47,319 nt of DNA from an uncultured Candidatus Saccharibacteria bacterium (GTDB lineage: Bacteria; Patescibacteriota; Kazan-3B-28; UBA10110): positions 1-47,319 of the forward strand of contig CAYRIH010000002.1 in the NCBI GenBank assembly GCA_964424375.1. The letters run 5' to 3'. Of the stretch, positions 1 through 9,594 are shown piece after piece. Position numbers and translations under genes: made by a program. The notes under the pieces are model-generated. The model was given only the letters and a program-made list of their open reading frames with translations. It did not search any database and was not told the DNA's origin. Each line of letters starts with the position of its first letter. Position 1 is the first letter of the stretch.

Positions 1-116
1 TCGAAAGTCAGGGGCGCCCGAAACTCCCTTTTGGGAACTAAGGTGAAACTGATGATTGGGGTGAAGTCGTAACAAGGTATCCGTACGGGAACGTGCGGAT
101 GGAACACCTCCTTTCT
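1..116 (+). rRNA. rrs: 16S rRNA, 3'-terminal fragment (gene begins upstream of window)
   Basis: Universal 16S 3' end GTGAAGTCGTAACAAGGTATCCGTACGGGAACGTGCGGATGGAACACCTCCTTTCT with anti-SD CCTCC; terminus placed by analogy with the E. coli 3' end. Confidence 0.9.
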
Positions 117-129
117 AGGGAGACTATTG

Positions 130-230
130 AACATTTGTCAGATTAATCTAACAAATGTTTAAATTTTTGCTTTTAGGCAAAATAGACCGGTCTATATATT
201 AATTTATCTTGAGATAAATTAATATATAGA
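130..230. repeat. Three consecutive hairpins immediately 3' of 16S: 130-159 (AACATTTGT/ACAAATGTT), 165-182 (TTTTGC/GCAAAA), 191-230 (perfect 40-nt AT palindrome)
   Basis: Inverted repeats read directly; 191-230 = TCTATATATTAATTTATCT TG AGATAAATTAATATATAGA. Confidence 0.7.
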
Positions 231-426
231 AAACAGCGTCACTATTTAATTACCCTCTAAGTTGTTGAGGAAAAGGATAACATAAAACTACTTAGTAGTT
301 GCTTTTAGTATTAAGCAATATCTCTACAGTTGATACATTGACCTTTTAGGTATTTTATAATATAAAAACACTTCATAGTATTGTTTTGTTTTTTTAATAA
401 GATTTTTTCTAAAGAATAGATTTTGG

Positions 427-502
427 TGGTGGACCCGGGCGGACTCGAACCGCCTACCTCCGCATTGCAAATGCGATGTTCTACCAGATGAACTACGGGC
501 CC
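427..502 (-). tRNA. tRNA-Ala (UGC)
   Basis: Reverse complement GGGCCCGTAGTTCATCTGGTAGAACATCGCATTTGCAATGCGGAGGTAGGCGGTTCGAGTCCGCCCGGGTCCACCA; 7-bp acceptor with G3:U70, anticodon loop TTTGCAA, T-loop GGTTCGAGTCC, encoded CCA. Confidence 0.9.
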
Positions 503-556
503 TAATTAGGAATTGATTATTATAAAGTTGTTATTTGTTTTGGTATTATTTTAAGG

Positions 557-586
557 GATTTCTAACGGGGCTAGCCCTTAGAAATC
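557..586. repeat. Compact copy of the CCCGTTAGA-family inverted repeat (GATTTCTAAcGGGG CTAG CCCTTAGAAATC)
   Basis: 12-bp stem with one bulged C, overlapping the stop codon of the 578..790 ORF; no U-tract on either strand. Confidence 0.6.
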
Positions 587-790
587 TATTGGTATCCAGC
601 CTGATATGATTAAAAGTCCTATAATTACCGCAGCCAATCCGAACAATATATGTGCAATGTAAGTTCCACCTGAACCAAAATATTTTTCGGCCCAACCAAT
701 CCGCAAATTAACCATTTCAACGATCTTGCGGTGATAGACAACATATAAGGTTCCGCCGAAAAATAGTAGTATAAATAAAAAGAATCTCAT
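578..790 (-). CDS. Small hydrophobic membrane protein (70 aa), hypothetical
   Basis: ORF with two hydrophobic segments; ATG lies 2 nt after the stop of the upstream ORF (operon-like); weak AGGA upstream. Confidence 0.5.
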   Translation of the reverse strand: MRFFLFILLFFGGTLYVVYHRKIVEMVNLRIGWAEKYFGSGGTYIAHILFGLAAVIIGLLIISGWIPIDF

Positions 791-792
791 AG

Positions 793-1284
793 TTAATCCT
801 GTTCTGTTTTAGTTTCTATTTCAGTTGGTATGTCTCCTTCAGGTGTTTTTTTAGATAACTGCCTAAACAATTCACCATCTCTTTTCCCCATGTTTATTAA
901 TATTTCATTTCGCCGATCATTGGCTTCTTCTGCTTGTTGATATAGTTCCTGGCAGGCTTGGCAACTAATGTTGTCTGTAGAAGAGAGTGGTTTGTCGAGT
1001 TCCTTTTCAATCAATTTGATTTGACGTTCCATAATTTCAGCTGTTCCTAATAGACCAGCAATTTTGCGAGTTAGGCATCGTACCATTAATAAATCAAATT
1101 CGTTTTCACTACAGATATCATTTTTTGTTAAATATTCTCGCTTTGACTCTAAATGTTCATCTCTACCTGATTCTGCCCAAAATTCAGCATGCTCATATTT
1201 TTCCTCAAATTTTTGGGATATCCCTGATTCTATATCATTAGAAGTTGATTCACTTTGATGTCCTTGTGACTCTTTGTCTTCCAT
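793..1284 (-). CDS. Acidic hypothetical protein (163 aa)
   Basis: Long ORF rich in E/D/K; no recognisable motif and no clear SD; lies between tRNA-Ile and tRNA-Ala. Confidence 0.45.
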   Translation of the reverse strand: MEDKESQGHQSESTSNDIESGISQKFEEKYEHAEFWAESGRDEHLESKREYLTKNDICSENEFDLLMVRCLTRKIAGLLGTAEIMERQIKLIEKELDKPLSSTDNISCQACQELYQQAEEANDRRNEILINMGKRDGELFRQLSKKTPEGDIPTEIETKTEQD

Positions 1285-1317
1285 AGCTGTTTAAATATTT
1301 TAGGTGGTATTATTCTA

Positions 1318-1393
1318 TGGTGGGTGAGGGAGGATTTGAACCTCCGACCCCTGTCTTATCAGGACAGTGCTCTAACCCCTGAGCTACTCACCC
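1318..1393 (-). tRNA. tRNA-Ile (GAU)
   Basis: Reverse complement GGGTGAGTAGCTCAGGGGTTAGAGCACTGTCCTGATAAGACAGGGGTCGGAGGTTCAAATCCTCCCTCACCCACCA; anticodon loop CTGATAA; encoded CCA. Confidence 0.9.
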
Positions 1394-1507
1394 ATGATTG
1401 AAAATTTTAAAGCAATAGACATAGTTTTTATTAGCTCTACACCTAGTAAAATAGCAGTTATCTTGGGTTTTGACAATCTAGAATTATGCTTTTGATAGAA
1501 TAGTAGT

Positions 1508-2266
1508 ATGGCTGTAATTAAAACCAAAGGCATTATCATAAAGCGAATTAATCTAGGTGAGGCAGATAAGATAATTACCATCATTACTCAGAATAGAGGA
1601 AAGATTCGTGTTGTAGCTAAGGGCGTAAGAAAACCCCGTGCAAGATTGAGCGGTTTTTTAGAGATGTTTCATTATAATGAATATCTGCTGGCTGAAGGCA
1701 GGAATCTGGATATTGTCACAGGAGCTAATACTTTAGATACTCTACATGGCATAAGCAGAGGCTTAAAGCCGATTGCTTTAGCATATTATGTGGCTGAAAT
1801 AGTAGATAAGTTAATTGAAGAGACTCAAGACCCAGGTAATATATTTGATTTAATCTATTCTACATTTAAGGAAATCAGTAAAGGCAATATCAAACTAAAT
1901 GTAATTAAAAGTTTTTTTGAAATTAATATATTAAATATATTGGGTTTTAAGCCAGAGCTATATAAATGTGTAGAATGTGGTCAGTCGATTGTGTCAAATG
2001 GGCATTTCAGTTTTAATCTGGGAGGGTTGTTAGATGACCAGCACCGATTGAAAGATGTTGCGGCTATTAGTATCAGCAATGAAGAAATAAATATCCTGCG
2101 CCGATTATTAATTGTTGATATTAGCAATTTAGATATTGATACAAATATGTTGGATTTAAATGATGATTCGAAGTTGACCCAAATATGTTCAGGTTTTTTA
2201 AATCACATTGTTGGGAAACGTATTCAATCTAAAGAGTTTTGGCAAAAGATGGTTAATTTTTCTTGA
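1508..2266 (+). CDS. recO: DNA repair protein RecO
   Basis: N-terminal OB-fold pattern (KGIIIKRINLGEADKIITIIT..GKIRVVAKG) and a YKCVECGQ zinc-finger-like motif typical of RecO. Confidence 0.8.
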   Translation: MAVIKTKGIIIKRINLGEADKIITIITQNRGKIRVVAKGVRKPRARLSGFLEMFHYNEYLLAEGRNLDIVTGANTLDTLHGISRGLKPIALAYYVAEIVDKLIEETQDPGNIFDLIYSTFKEISKGNIKLNVIKSFFEINILNILGFKPELYKCVECGQSIVSNGHFSFNLGGLLDDQHRLKDVAAISISNEEINILRRLLIVDISNLDIDTNMLDLNDDSKLTQICSGFLNHIVGKRIQSKEFWQKMVNFS

Positions 2267-3203
2267 CTTTGCCTTGTCGGTTGTGAAAAGCTTTGTGCAC
2301 CTCTCTCAATTGTTTATCTGTTAAGTGGGTATAGATTTGAGTTGTAGTGATAGAAGAATGCCCCAACATAGCCTGAACTGATCTAATATCAGCTCCGTTG
2401 ATTAGTAAATCTGTAGCGAAGGAATGGCGTAAAACATGAGGAGTAACTTTTTTAACAATCCCAGCTTTTTTAGCATATTTTTCTACTATTCTTTGAATAC
2501 TCCTAGGACCTAAAGCAGTGTGTTTACTAGCGCCCTTATGGGCAATAAATGCTGATGAAGAATTATCTGTTCTTTGTGAAAAATATGTATTTAAAAGTTG
2601 TTTGGCTTCTTCTGATAGAAATACCACTCTGGGTTTATCACCCTTGCCTTTAACCATAAATTCACCGCGTTTTATGTTAATATCTCTTTTGTTGAGATTG
2701 GTTAACTCAGAGACTCGCAATCCTGTAGAGAATAAAACAGTTAAAATAGCTAGATTTCTTAAGTCTTCTATTTTATTACTTTTAGGTATAGCTTTAAAAA
2801 TTCTATTAAGCTCATCTAAAGCTAGAAAGTCTATTTGGCGTTTTGACATCTTGCCTAGCTCAATTTTTTCCGCTGGAAGCGATTTTATATCCTGTTTAGC
2901 TAAAAATTTCAAAAAAGCCCTCAGGGCGATAGTATGATAATTTTGAGTAATGGTTTTGAGTGATCTTCCATTATTGTCATGGAATCGATTGAGAAATAAG
3001 CGATATTTTCTAACTAACGGCAGGGTGATTTGGCCAGGCTTTATATCTCTCTTGAATTCTGCTTCAGTAAATTGTGCAAACCGACCCAAGTAGTGGGCAT
3101 AGTTTTGGCGGGTGTACTGGCTTCTATTTTTTTCGATCTCCAAATGATCTAAAAAATCATCAATTAGATATAGTAAAGTAACCATATTTATATTGTGCGA
3201 CAT
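2253..3203 (-). CDS. Tyrosine site-specific recombinase, XerC/XerD-like
   Basis: C-terminal catalytic motifs HVLRHSFATDLL...GADIRSVQAMLGHSSITTTQIYTH; N-terminal SAM-like core-binding region. Confidence 0.85.
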   Translation of the reverse strand: MSHNINMVTLLYLIDDFLDHLEIEKNRSQYTRQNYAHYLGRFAQFTEAEFKRDIKPGQITLPLVRKYRLFLNRFHDNNGRSLKTITQNYHTIALRAFLKFLAKQDIKSLPAEKIELGKMSKRQIDFLALDELNRIFKAIPKSNKIEDLRNLAILTVLFSTGLRVSELTNLNKRDINIKRGEFMVKGKGDKPRVVFLSEEAKQLLNTYFSQRTDNSSSAFIAHKGASKHTALGPRSIQRIVEKYAKKAGIVKKVTPHVLRHSFATDLLINGADIRSVQAMLGHSSITTTQIYTHLTDKQLREVHKAFHNRQGKVKKN

Positions 3204-3277
3204 AAATACAGCTATGGCAAAACCTAACCTATTACTCTTTAAGATATTTTAGTAGTGGTAATAAGTTGATTTATAGT

Positions 3278-4390
3278 TTATCGAGGCAGATAGCTTAAGG
3301 GGTTTAGCGGGACACCGTTTTGACGAATCTCAAAGTGAAGATGAGGACCAGTAGAACGACCAGTATTGCCCATAATTCCAACTAATTGACCTTGTTCGAC
3401 ATATTGACCGGGTTGGACTTTATATTCGCTTAAGTGAGCATAGTATGTGCTCCAGCCATTGCCATGGTTGATGATAATTAGATTACCATAACCACCTCTA
3501 ACAGTTCTGGTCTGAATAATGCCCGGCGCACTGGCATAGATGCCCCATCCGTTAGTTCGCGGCAGATCAATAGCTCTGTGCCATAGACGATATCCTTGTG
3601 ATAGGTAATGAGTAGGGCTGGATGTTGGCCAGACGAATTTGCCAGAATATGGTACAGGGTTAAAGTTAGGTACGCTAATATTGCCAGATTTGCTGTAAGT
3701 TGGACTGCTAGATGCGGATACAATTGCACCTGGGATAAGCAATTCATTGCCAGCAAATATAGGATCGTCTTTAGATATATTATTATATTTAATAATATCA
3801 TCAACTTTAACATGATAACGATTGGCGATAGTGCTTAAGGCATCATTGCGTTCAACAGTAACAAACAAACCATCAATTGGTGGAATCCTAAGTTCTTGAC
3901 CAACTTTCAAAGTGTTGCTGGATAGATTATTAGCATGTTTGATGGTAAGAGTTGTAAGACCAAAATCTGTTCCTAAGCCATTGATTGATTCACCTGGTCT
4001 GACTATATATTTTATAGTTTCCCGGCGAGCACTGCGACTGATGATGGTTTCTGTTTGCACTGTTTTAAACAAATATTCGCCGTCATTATCTATACGAGTA
4101 GTATGTTCCTCATTATTGTATATAGGATTACCTAGTTCAGCTAAGGTAGCGGTTGAGGCAATTTCTGCTATAGTCCTATAACGTATATTTCCATTACTGG
4201 GTCCGCCTATATCCATGGGTACGGAAGAATTAAAATTAGATAAAATTACAATAATGGCTAAAATAACTAAACTCCAGTGTTTAGAAGAAGAACTAAATGA
4301 GCGGCTGATATTTTTGATATTTAAAAACTGCTTAGTAGTTTGCCCTTGACTAAGGTTAATAGTTTTAAGATTTGACTTTCTACTCTTCAA
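3278..4390 (-). CDS. LysM-domain M23 family metallopeptidase (peptidoglycan hydrolase)
   Basis: Two LysM-like segments (YIVRPGESINGL..., VTVERNDALSTIANRY...) and M23 motifs HRAIDL...GNTGRSTGPHLHFEIR; N-terminal TM segment. Confidence 0.85.
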   Translation of the reverse strand: MKSRKSNLKTINLSQGQTTKQFLNIKNISRSFSSSSKHWSLVILAIIVILSNFNSSVPMDIGGPSNGNIRYRTIAEIASTATLAELGNPIYNNEEHTTRIDNDGEYLFKTVQTETIISRSARRETIKYIVRPGESINGLGTDFGLTTLTIKHANNLSSNTLKVGQELRIPPIDGLFVTVERNDALSTIANRYHVKVDDIIKYNNISKDDPIFAGNELLIPGAIVSASSSPTYSKSGNISVPNFNPVPYSGKFVWPTSSPTHYLSQGYRLWHRAIDLPRTNGWGIYASAPGIIQTRTVRGGYGNLIIINHGNGWSTYYAHLSEYKVQPGQYVEQGQLVGIMGNTGRSTGPHLHFEIRQNGVPLNPLSYLPR

Positions 4391-4541
4391 CTGATTAAGC
4401 CGAGTGATTAACAGTTTGGCTACTTTCGTATCTTTGAACTTCTCAGATTGATGAGGTTTATTATTTAGCGGATTGAATGAGGTATTAATCTTTAGCTCCT
4501 TGTATTTAAGGATATAATTTGTGACTATTACCTATATTTTT

Positions 4542-4575
4542 AAATTAAAAAGTTTCCAATATAGCTTTTGGAAAC
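4542..4575 (-). terminator. Intrinsic terminator downstream of the 4636..5685 gene
   Basis: Hairpin AGTTTCCAA/TTGGAAACT (4551-4575) followed on the minus strand by a T-rich run (plus-strand AAATTAAAA, 4542-4550). Confidence 0.55.
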
Positions 4576-4635
4576 TAGAGTTATAATATCAATTAGATTG
4601 TCTTTTGTCAAGGTTATTTTTATCTATCTTAGTTT

Positions 4636-5685
4636 CTATTTGACTGTCAGAGAAATGATGTTTTCGGCTAATGTATTGTCGTTGCCACTGTTGGTTATTA
4701 TAGCAGATAATCGATATAAACCAGGGGTTTTGGGGGCACGGATAGCCCCACTAAATATACTGGATTGATTCTTGTCTTCAAGTAGCCAGTTAGTATTTTC
4801 TAGGATTATAGTCACTGCAGTAGTATCAGCAGATGCAGGAATAAATATATAAAATACTTCTCCTGCTTCAACTAAATCAGGCCGTAACCTGATATTGCCT
4901 AAATCAATTTTTGGGTCAGGGGTATTTATATTGATGTAAATTGGGCTGCTTGGATAACTGTGTATCCCATATTTATTAAGTGATTTAATATACAATTTAT
5001 GTTTACCTCGGCTTATAGCCTGTTCTAAAGCTATATTAAACAAACCAGACTTATCGGTTTCAGTAATTGTGTTAAATTCATCGTCTATATATATTTCTAC
5101 TTCGGATCCTATTGATGCTTGTCCTGATATTATAGGAGTAGCAGTCGAAAATATGGTGTCGGTTTTAGGGGCTGATATTGCTGGAGTAACAGGTGGAGTT
5201 GGATCAAATGCTTCTAAAGTTAATGTCTGACTTATTCCCTTGAAATTGAAATTTAGAATTATGTAGCCAGATTGCAGTGGTCCGCTAGCAATAAATCGTT
5301 TAGATACACCTGCAGGTGGATGTGGGTCAATGGCAATATCTATAGCTCCTTTTACAATAGTAGCTGTGGTTTCCTGGCCGTCCAGAAGCTGACCTTTTTT
5401 ATTTTTGATTATAGCATCTATATATTTTTGGTTGTTGCCATCTAAAGGAATGAATGTATTATCATATATCAACTCCAAACTAAAAGCTGGTTTAAATATG
5501 TTTAACCAGTTACTTTGCAAAGTTTTTAATCCATTTGAGTAAAAGAATGATATCGTCCCAACAACTATTAGTAATATAGCTAGCCCAAAAGCTAGAATTG
5601 ACGGTCTTTGCCAGCTAGCAGGTGACATTTTATCTTCTTGCTCGTCTCGCATTGACTTTTTGGAGTTATAGATATTCTTTATCAT
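4636..5685 (-). CDS. Membrane-anchored hypothetical protein with Ig-like beta-rich repeats
   Basis: N-terminal TM (ILAFGLAILLIVVGTISFFY); segment PIISGQASIGSEVEIYIDDEF...KHKLYIKS resembles bacterial Ig-like domains. Confidence 0.6.
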   Translation of the reverse strand: MIKNIYNSKKSMRDEQEDKMSPASWQRPSILAFGLAILLIVVGTISFFYSNGLKTLQSNWLNIFKPAFSLELIYDNTFIPLDGNNQKYIDAIIKNKKGQLLDGQETTATIVKGAIDIAIDPHPPAGVSKRFIASGPLQSGYIILNFNFKGISQTLTLEAFDPTPPVTPAISAPKTDTIFSTATPIISGQASIGSEVEIYIDDEFNTITETDKSGLFNIALEQAISRGKHKLYIKSLNKYGIHSYPSSPIYININTPDPKIDLGNIRLRPDLVEAGEVFYIFIPASADTTAVTIILENTNWLLEDKNQSSIFSGAIRAPKTPGLYRLSAIITNSGNDNTLAENIISLTVK

Positions 5686-5782
5686 TGTCTAGGCTCTTTG
5701 GCTTGTTTGTCAATTTCCCCCTGTTCCAGTATGTTATATTAGTAATAGTATTTATTTAAAATTTAAAGTTTGAGGGGGAAAC

Positions 5783-7186
5783 GTGGTAAGAAGAAAAAGC
5801 ATCAAGATATCCAAGAAAGAAATAAATGATATAAATCTGCCAACTGATGAAAAATTGATTCCATCTGAAGGGAGTAGACTGCATCGTATTAAAAAACGTA
5901 GTAGCGTAAAACAAGTAATGGGGATTAGTTTGGTGGTGCTAGTTTTGTTATTAGGTGGATGGTTTACTACTAAATTAGCTATTGGTGGTTGGAATATATC
6001 TAGTAATACAATTTGGAAAGATTTTTTTAGTTTAAGTAGTGTTAAATTAATTGGCGAAGAAAGTGGTCGAATTAATATGCTCTTGCTAGGAAACCCTGGC
6101 GTTGCCAATGACATAGATGGACCTTATTTAACTGATACAGTTATGGTAGCCAGTATCTCGACGGAAGATAATACTGGCCTACTTTTCTCTTTGCCCCGTG
6201 ATTTATATGTCAAAATACCTGGATACGGAAACTCTAAGTTAAATGCTGTTTACAAGATAGGTGACAGCCAGAATGATGCCGGTGGCCAAACTTTAGCTGC
6301 GATAGCTAGTGATATTCTAGGACTGGATATCCCATACTATATGAAGATTGATTTTACTGGTTTTGAACAGTTAATTGATGAATTAGGGGGGGTTACGATT
6401 GAAGTAGAAAAAGATCTATATGATGATGAATATCCTACTTCTTCTAAAGGTTATGAGATATTGGATATTAAAGCAGGTACATATACTATGGATGGCGCTA
6501 TGGCTTTGAAATATGCCCGGTCACGTCAAAGCACTTCGGATTTTGATAGGGCCAGGCGCCAGCAGAAATTACTTGTAGCCATTAGAGATAAATCTTTATC
6601 GCTTAATTTGCTTAGTCAGTCAAGTAAAGCCTTAGCAATTATAGATGTACTAAATGATAGTTTTGAAACTAATTTGACTTTGGCTGAGACGAAGAGAATG
6701 TTTGATTTAATGAAAGATTTTGATTTAGCTACATTGACCACTAAAGTCTTTGATGATTCAATCACTGGATTGTTATATGGTACTAGAGTCAACGAATTGT
6801 ATGTATTGCGTCCAGTAGGTGATGATTTTAAAGTCATCTCTGATTATGTAGCTAAGATTGTATCAGGAGAAGCTACGGTAGAAGAGATAGAAAGTGATAT
6901 TATTACAGAGCCACTTAAAGTAGAAGTGTTCAATGGAACCAATATTACTGGTCTAGCTAGCAAGATTGCTGCTCGTTTGCGAGCTGATGGTTATGAAGTA
7001 ATTTTAGTTGGAAATAATGCTGTTAGAGGATTTACAAAATCCATTGTTTATGACCTTAGTGACGGTGATCGTATCTTGGAGGCCAGAAGATTAGCCTCTA
7101 GTTTGTCAGCTAACATTGGTGAAGATGAAATTATCTCTACTAGTGGAGCGCAGGTAAGAATAGTATTAGGGAGTGAGGCCAACTAA
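5783..7186 (+). CDS. LytR-CpsA-Psr (LCP) family cell-envelope transferase with LytR_C domain
   Basis: INMLLLG...LTDTVMVASI...LFSLPRDLYVKIPGYGNSKLNAVY core; C-terminal KVEVFNGTNITGLASKIAARL; GTG start preceded by GAGGGGG. Confidence 0.85.
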   Translation: MVRRKSIKISKKEINDINLPTDEKLIPSEGSRLHRIKKRSSVKQVMGISLVVLVLLLGGWFTTKLAIGGWNISSNTIWKDFFSLSSVKLIGEESGRINMLLLGNPGVANDIDGPYLTDTVMVASISTEDNTGLLFSLPRDLYVKIPGYGNSKLNAVYKIGDSQNDAGGQTLAAIASDILGLDIPYYMKIDFTGFEQLIDELGGVTIEVEKDLYDDEYPTSSKGYEILDIKAGTYTMDGAMALKYARSRQSTSDFDRARRQQKLLVAIRDKSLSLNLLSQSSKALAIIDVLNDSFETNLTLAETKRMFDLMKDFDLATLTTKVFDDSITGLLYGTRVNELYVLRPVGDDFKVISDYVAKIVSGEATVEEIESDIITEPLKVEVFNGTNITGLASKIAARLRADGYEVILVGNNAVRGFTKSIVYDLSDGDRILEARRLASSLSANIGEDEIISTSGAQVRIVLGSEAN

Positions 7187-7188
7187 AC

Positions 7189-7989
7189 TTGAATAAACCT
7201 GCTATATTAGACTGGTTGTGGCATTATCGTAAGCTTTTATTATTAGGGCTAGGTTTACTGTTATTATTGGAATTATTGTATTTCATTCCAGGTTTACTGG
7301 GTTGGTGGGTTTTGATTATATTTAGCCTGGTCACTGTATTTAGTTGGTGGATTAGCAATTTGACCTTTAACAAAGCAATGTGGTTATTTATGGGGGAGTT
7401 GTCGTGGATTATTCTTGGCGGTATTGGATTTTTATCTCTCTCGCTGCTGCCTATGTTATGGCAGGCACAATTGGTTATTTTTATGATTATTATAATAAGC
7501 TGGTTAATAGCTTATTGGCATCAAAATCATATTGATTATAGCCAGTGGAGTCTAGTTGCCATTAATTGGCTTGGATTAATTGATTTAGTGGCTTTATTTG
7601 TAGCTACAGTCGCATTACTATTAGCTGTCCAATTTTACAGTCTAGGTGTCTTTTGGCTAGTTACTGGAGTTGCTTTGCAGTTAGTTTTGGCTCTCTATTT
7701 ACTTTTTTGGAGACGAGGATTATCATTCAAAAAATTTTGGCTTTATGCATTAGTACTAGCTTTATTGGGTCAGCAATTAGTTTGGATTACATACGCTTGG
7801 CATAAAAGTATATATTTTAAAGCCTTTTTGCTATTGATTATGTATTACTTGTATTCTGATTTTGTGGCCTATTATCTTAAGGGCAATTTGACAGTTAAAA
7901 TAATTTGGGAATATATTGCCATTGCAGTTTTTTTGGTTTTAGTCTTATTCTTTTTTGACTTCATATTTTTATTTATTTTTAATATCTAG
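7189..7989 (+). CDS. Polytopic membrane protein, hypothetical (start uncertain, TTG in track)
   Basis: About 8 hydrophobic segments rich in W/L/F; no motif recognised. Confidence 0.5.
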   Translation: MNKPAILDWLWHYRKLLLLGLGLLLLLELLYFIPGLLGWWVLIIFSLVTVFSWWISNLTFNKAMWLFMGELSWIILGGIGFLSLSLLPMLWQAQLVIFMIIIISWLIAYWHQNHIDYSQWSLVAINWLGLIDLVALFVATVALLLAVQFYSLGVFWLVTGVALQLVLALYLLFWRRGLSFKKFWLYALVLALLGQQLVWITYAWHKSIYFKAFLLLIMYYLYSDFVAYYLKGNLTVKIIWEYIAIAVFLVLVLFFFDFIFLFIFNI

Positions 7990-8057
7990 TGTTGTAAATT
8001 TAATATCAAAAAACCTATTCTTGAATAGAATAGGTTTTTTGATAAGTAATTTCGATG

Positions 8058-8753
8058 TTAATCCTTATGTTTCATTTCTTTTAAAACATCACTTAGGGTA
8101 TCAGAGGCAGTTTTCTGTCCACCTAAACCGAAAGCTAAACCACCAGCTATAGCCAGCATAAAGAATATGGCAGTAATTAAACGATCGATAATAACGGCAG
8201 CAATCCCTAATTGATTAAAGACTATCAGGGCAGTAAAGATCCAAATAATCCATTTAGTAGTCGCGGCTAGGAAATTAGCGGATTTTACTCTAGCTGCTCC
8301 AACACTTCCGCGAACAACATGGGCGAAGAAATTGGCAGCCAACATACCCATAAGCAGGATAGCAACGGCCACAAAGACATTAGGAATATAATTAAGGATC
8401 TGATTCAAAAAGTCAGTAACTTTTGCCAGACCCAGCACATCAGAAGCTGCTAAGAAGGAAATTAGAAGAATAGTCCATTTGACTAATCCCCCGATAAAAT
8501 CTGAGGCTTCAAAATCTACTCCAGCTTTTCTGAACATTGTCTTGGCACCAATTCGATTTAGCACAACGTCCAATTTAAATTGTTTCAGAATTTGAGTTAC
8601 CAGTCTGTCTAAACCAATGGCTACTAGCCATCCAATAAATAGGATTAGCAATGCGCCGACTAAGTTTGGCAGAAAGATTAAAAATCTGAACCAAATATTC
8701 TGAAGAGGATTGAGCACAGCTTGACCCCAGGTATTAAGAAGAGTGTCTTGCAT
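8058..8753 (-). CDS. Membrane protein with repeated conserved-TM-helix segments (MscS N-terminal-like)
   Basis: Repeated hydrophobic helices with the pattern ...LILFIGWLVA..., ...ILLMGMLAANF...; assignment by resemblance only. Confidence 0.45.
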   Translation of the reverse strand: MQDTLLNTWGQAVLNPLQNIWFRFLIFLPNLVGALLILFIGWLVAIGLDRLVTQILKQFKLDVVLNRIGAKTMFRKAGVDFEASDFIGGLVKWTILLISFLAASDVLGLAKVTDFLNQILNYIPNVFVAVAILLMGMLAANFFAHVVRGSVGAARVKSANFLAATTKWIIWIFTALIVFNQLGIAAVIIDRLITAIFFMLAIAGGLAFGLGGQKTASDTLSDVLKEMKHKD

Positions 8754-8905
8754 TTTCTGCTCCTTACTCTTAATTAATAATATAATGACTTTCTAATCTC
8801 TAAGGTAGTATAAAATATAAAATCCCCCAGAGATTCTTAATTTTTAAGGTTCATTGTTATTTTCATAATGTATTATAACCAAAAATTGCCAAACCCGCAA
8901 TCTGA

Positions 8906-8992
8906 TGGTGGGCGGGAGAGGACTCGAACCTCCACGGGATTGCTCCCACTAGGTCCTAAACCTAGCGCGTCTACCAATTCCGCCACCCGCCC
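8906..8992 (-). tRNA. tRNA-Leu (UAG)
   Basis: Reverse complement GGGCGGGTGGCGGAATTGGTAGACGCGCTAGGTTTAGGACCTAGTGGGAGCAATCCCGTGGAGGTTCGAGTCCTCTCCCGCCCACCA; long variable arm; anticodon loop TTTAGGA; encoded CCA. Confidence 0.9.
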
Positions 8993-9033
8993 AATTTAAC
9001 TTTTAGCTTATTTTTTTTAATCTGACAAGAAGA

Positions 9034-9594
9034 TTATTGTATAGTAATTAAATCCTTAAGTTTATTGTACTTAGAAGTGCTAATACCCTCTACTTTCATT
9101 AAATCTTCTTTACGTTGATATTGTCCTTTATTTTCTCGATATTCTATAATTCTCTCAGCTGTAATAGGGCCAATCCCAGGCAAAATATCTAAAAGTTTAT
9201 TGTCGGCTGTATTGATATTAATTAAATTAGATTGATTTTGATTAGATTGTTCTGACTGATCATCATCTTTTACATTTTCTATAGATGGAATATAAATCTT
9301 GCCATGGTTTTGCAGTAGAGCTGCTCGATTGATAGTTTTATAAATCAAGTCCATATCTGCTTGATCTGTAAATCCACCAGCTGCTTTTATAGCATCTTCT
9401 ACGATAGCTTCCTGATTGAATGTGTAAATATCAGGATTATTAATTGCTCCTGCTACATCAATAATTAGTTTATTGTTAGATAAATTAACATCTTGCTTAT
9501 CAGTTTTATTTATTATAAAGTAGGCGCCAACAACTAGGCCAATGATTAAGATTAGTCCAATCGGAAGAGCAAATTTGTCTAAAAAGTTGTTCAT
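9034..9594 (-). CDS. comEA: Competence protein ComEA (SLBB + helix-hairpin-helix DNA-binding)
   Basis: N-terminal TM, then C-terminal INTADNKLLDILPGIGPITAERIIEYRENKG...LMKVEGIS HhH pair. Confidence 0.8.
   Translation of the reverse strand: MNNFLDKFALPIGLILIIGLVVGAYFIINKTDKQDVNLSNNKLIIDVAGAINNPDIYTFNQEAIVEDAIKAAGGFTDQADMDLIYKTINRAALLQNHGKIYIPSIENVKDDDQSEQSNQNQSNLININTADNKLLDILPGIGPITAERIIEYRENKGQYQRKEDLMKVEGISTSKYNKLKDLITIQ

Noticed and set aside
5752-6114. Assorted antisense or overlapping track ORFs inside well-supported genes (e.g. 5752..6114, 2518..2937, 3478..3813, 21160..21603, 32488..32922, 38090..38659, 40108..40443, 44654..44998)
   Set aside because: Each is embedded opposite or out of frame in a gene with strong family motifs. 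They have no SDs and show low-complexity composition.
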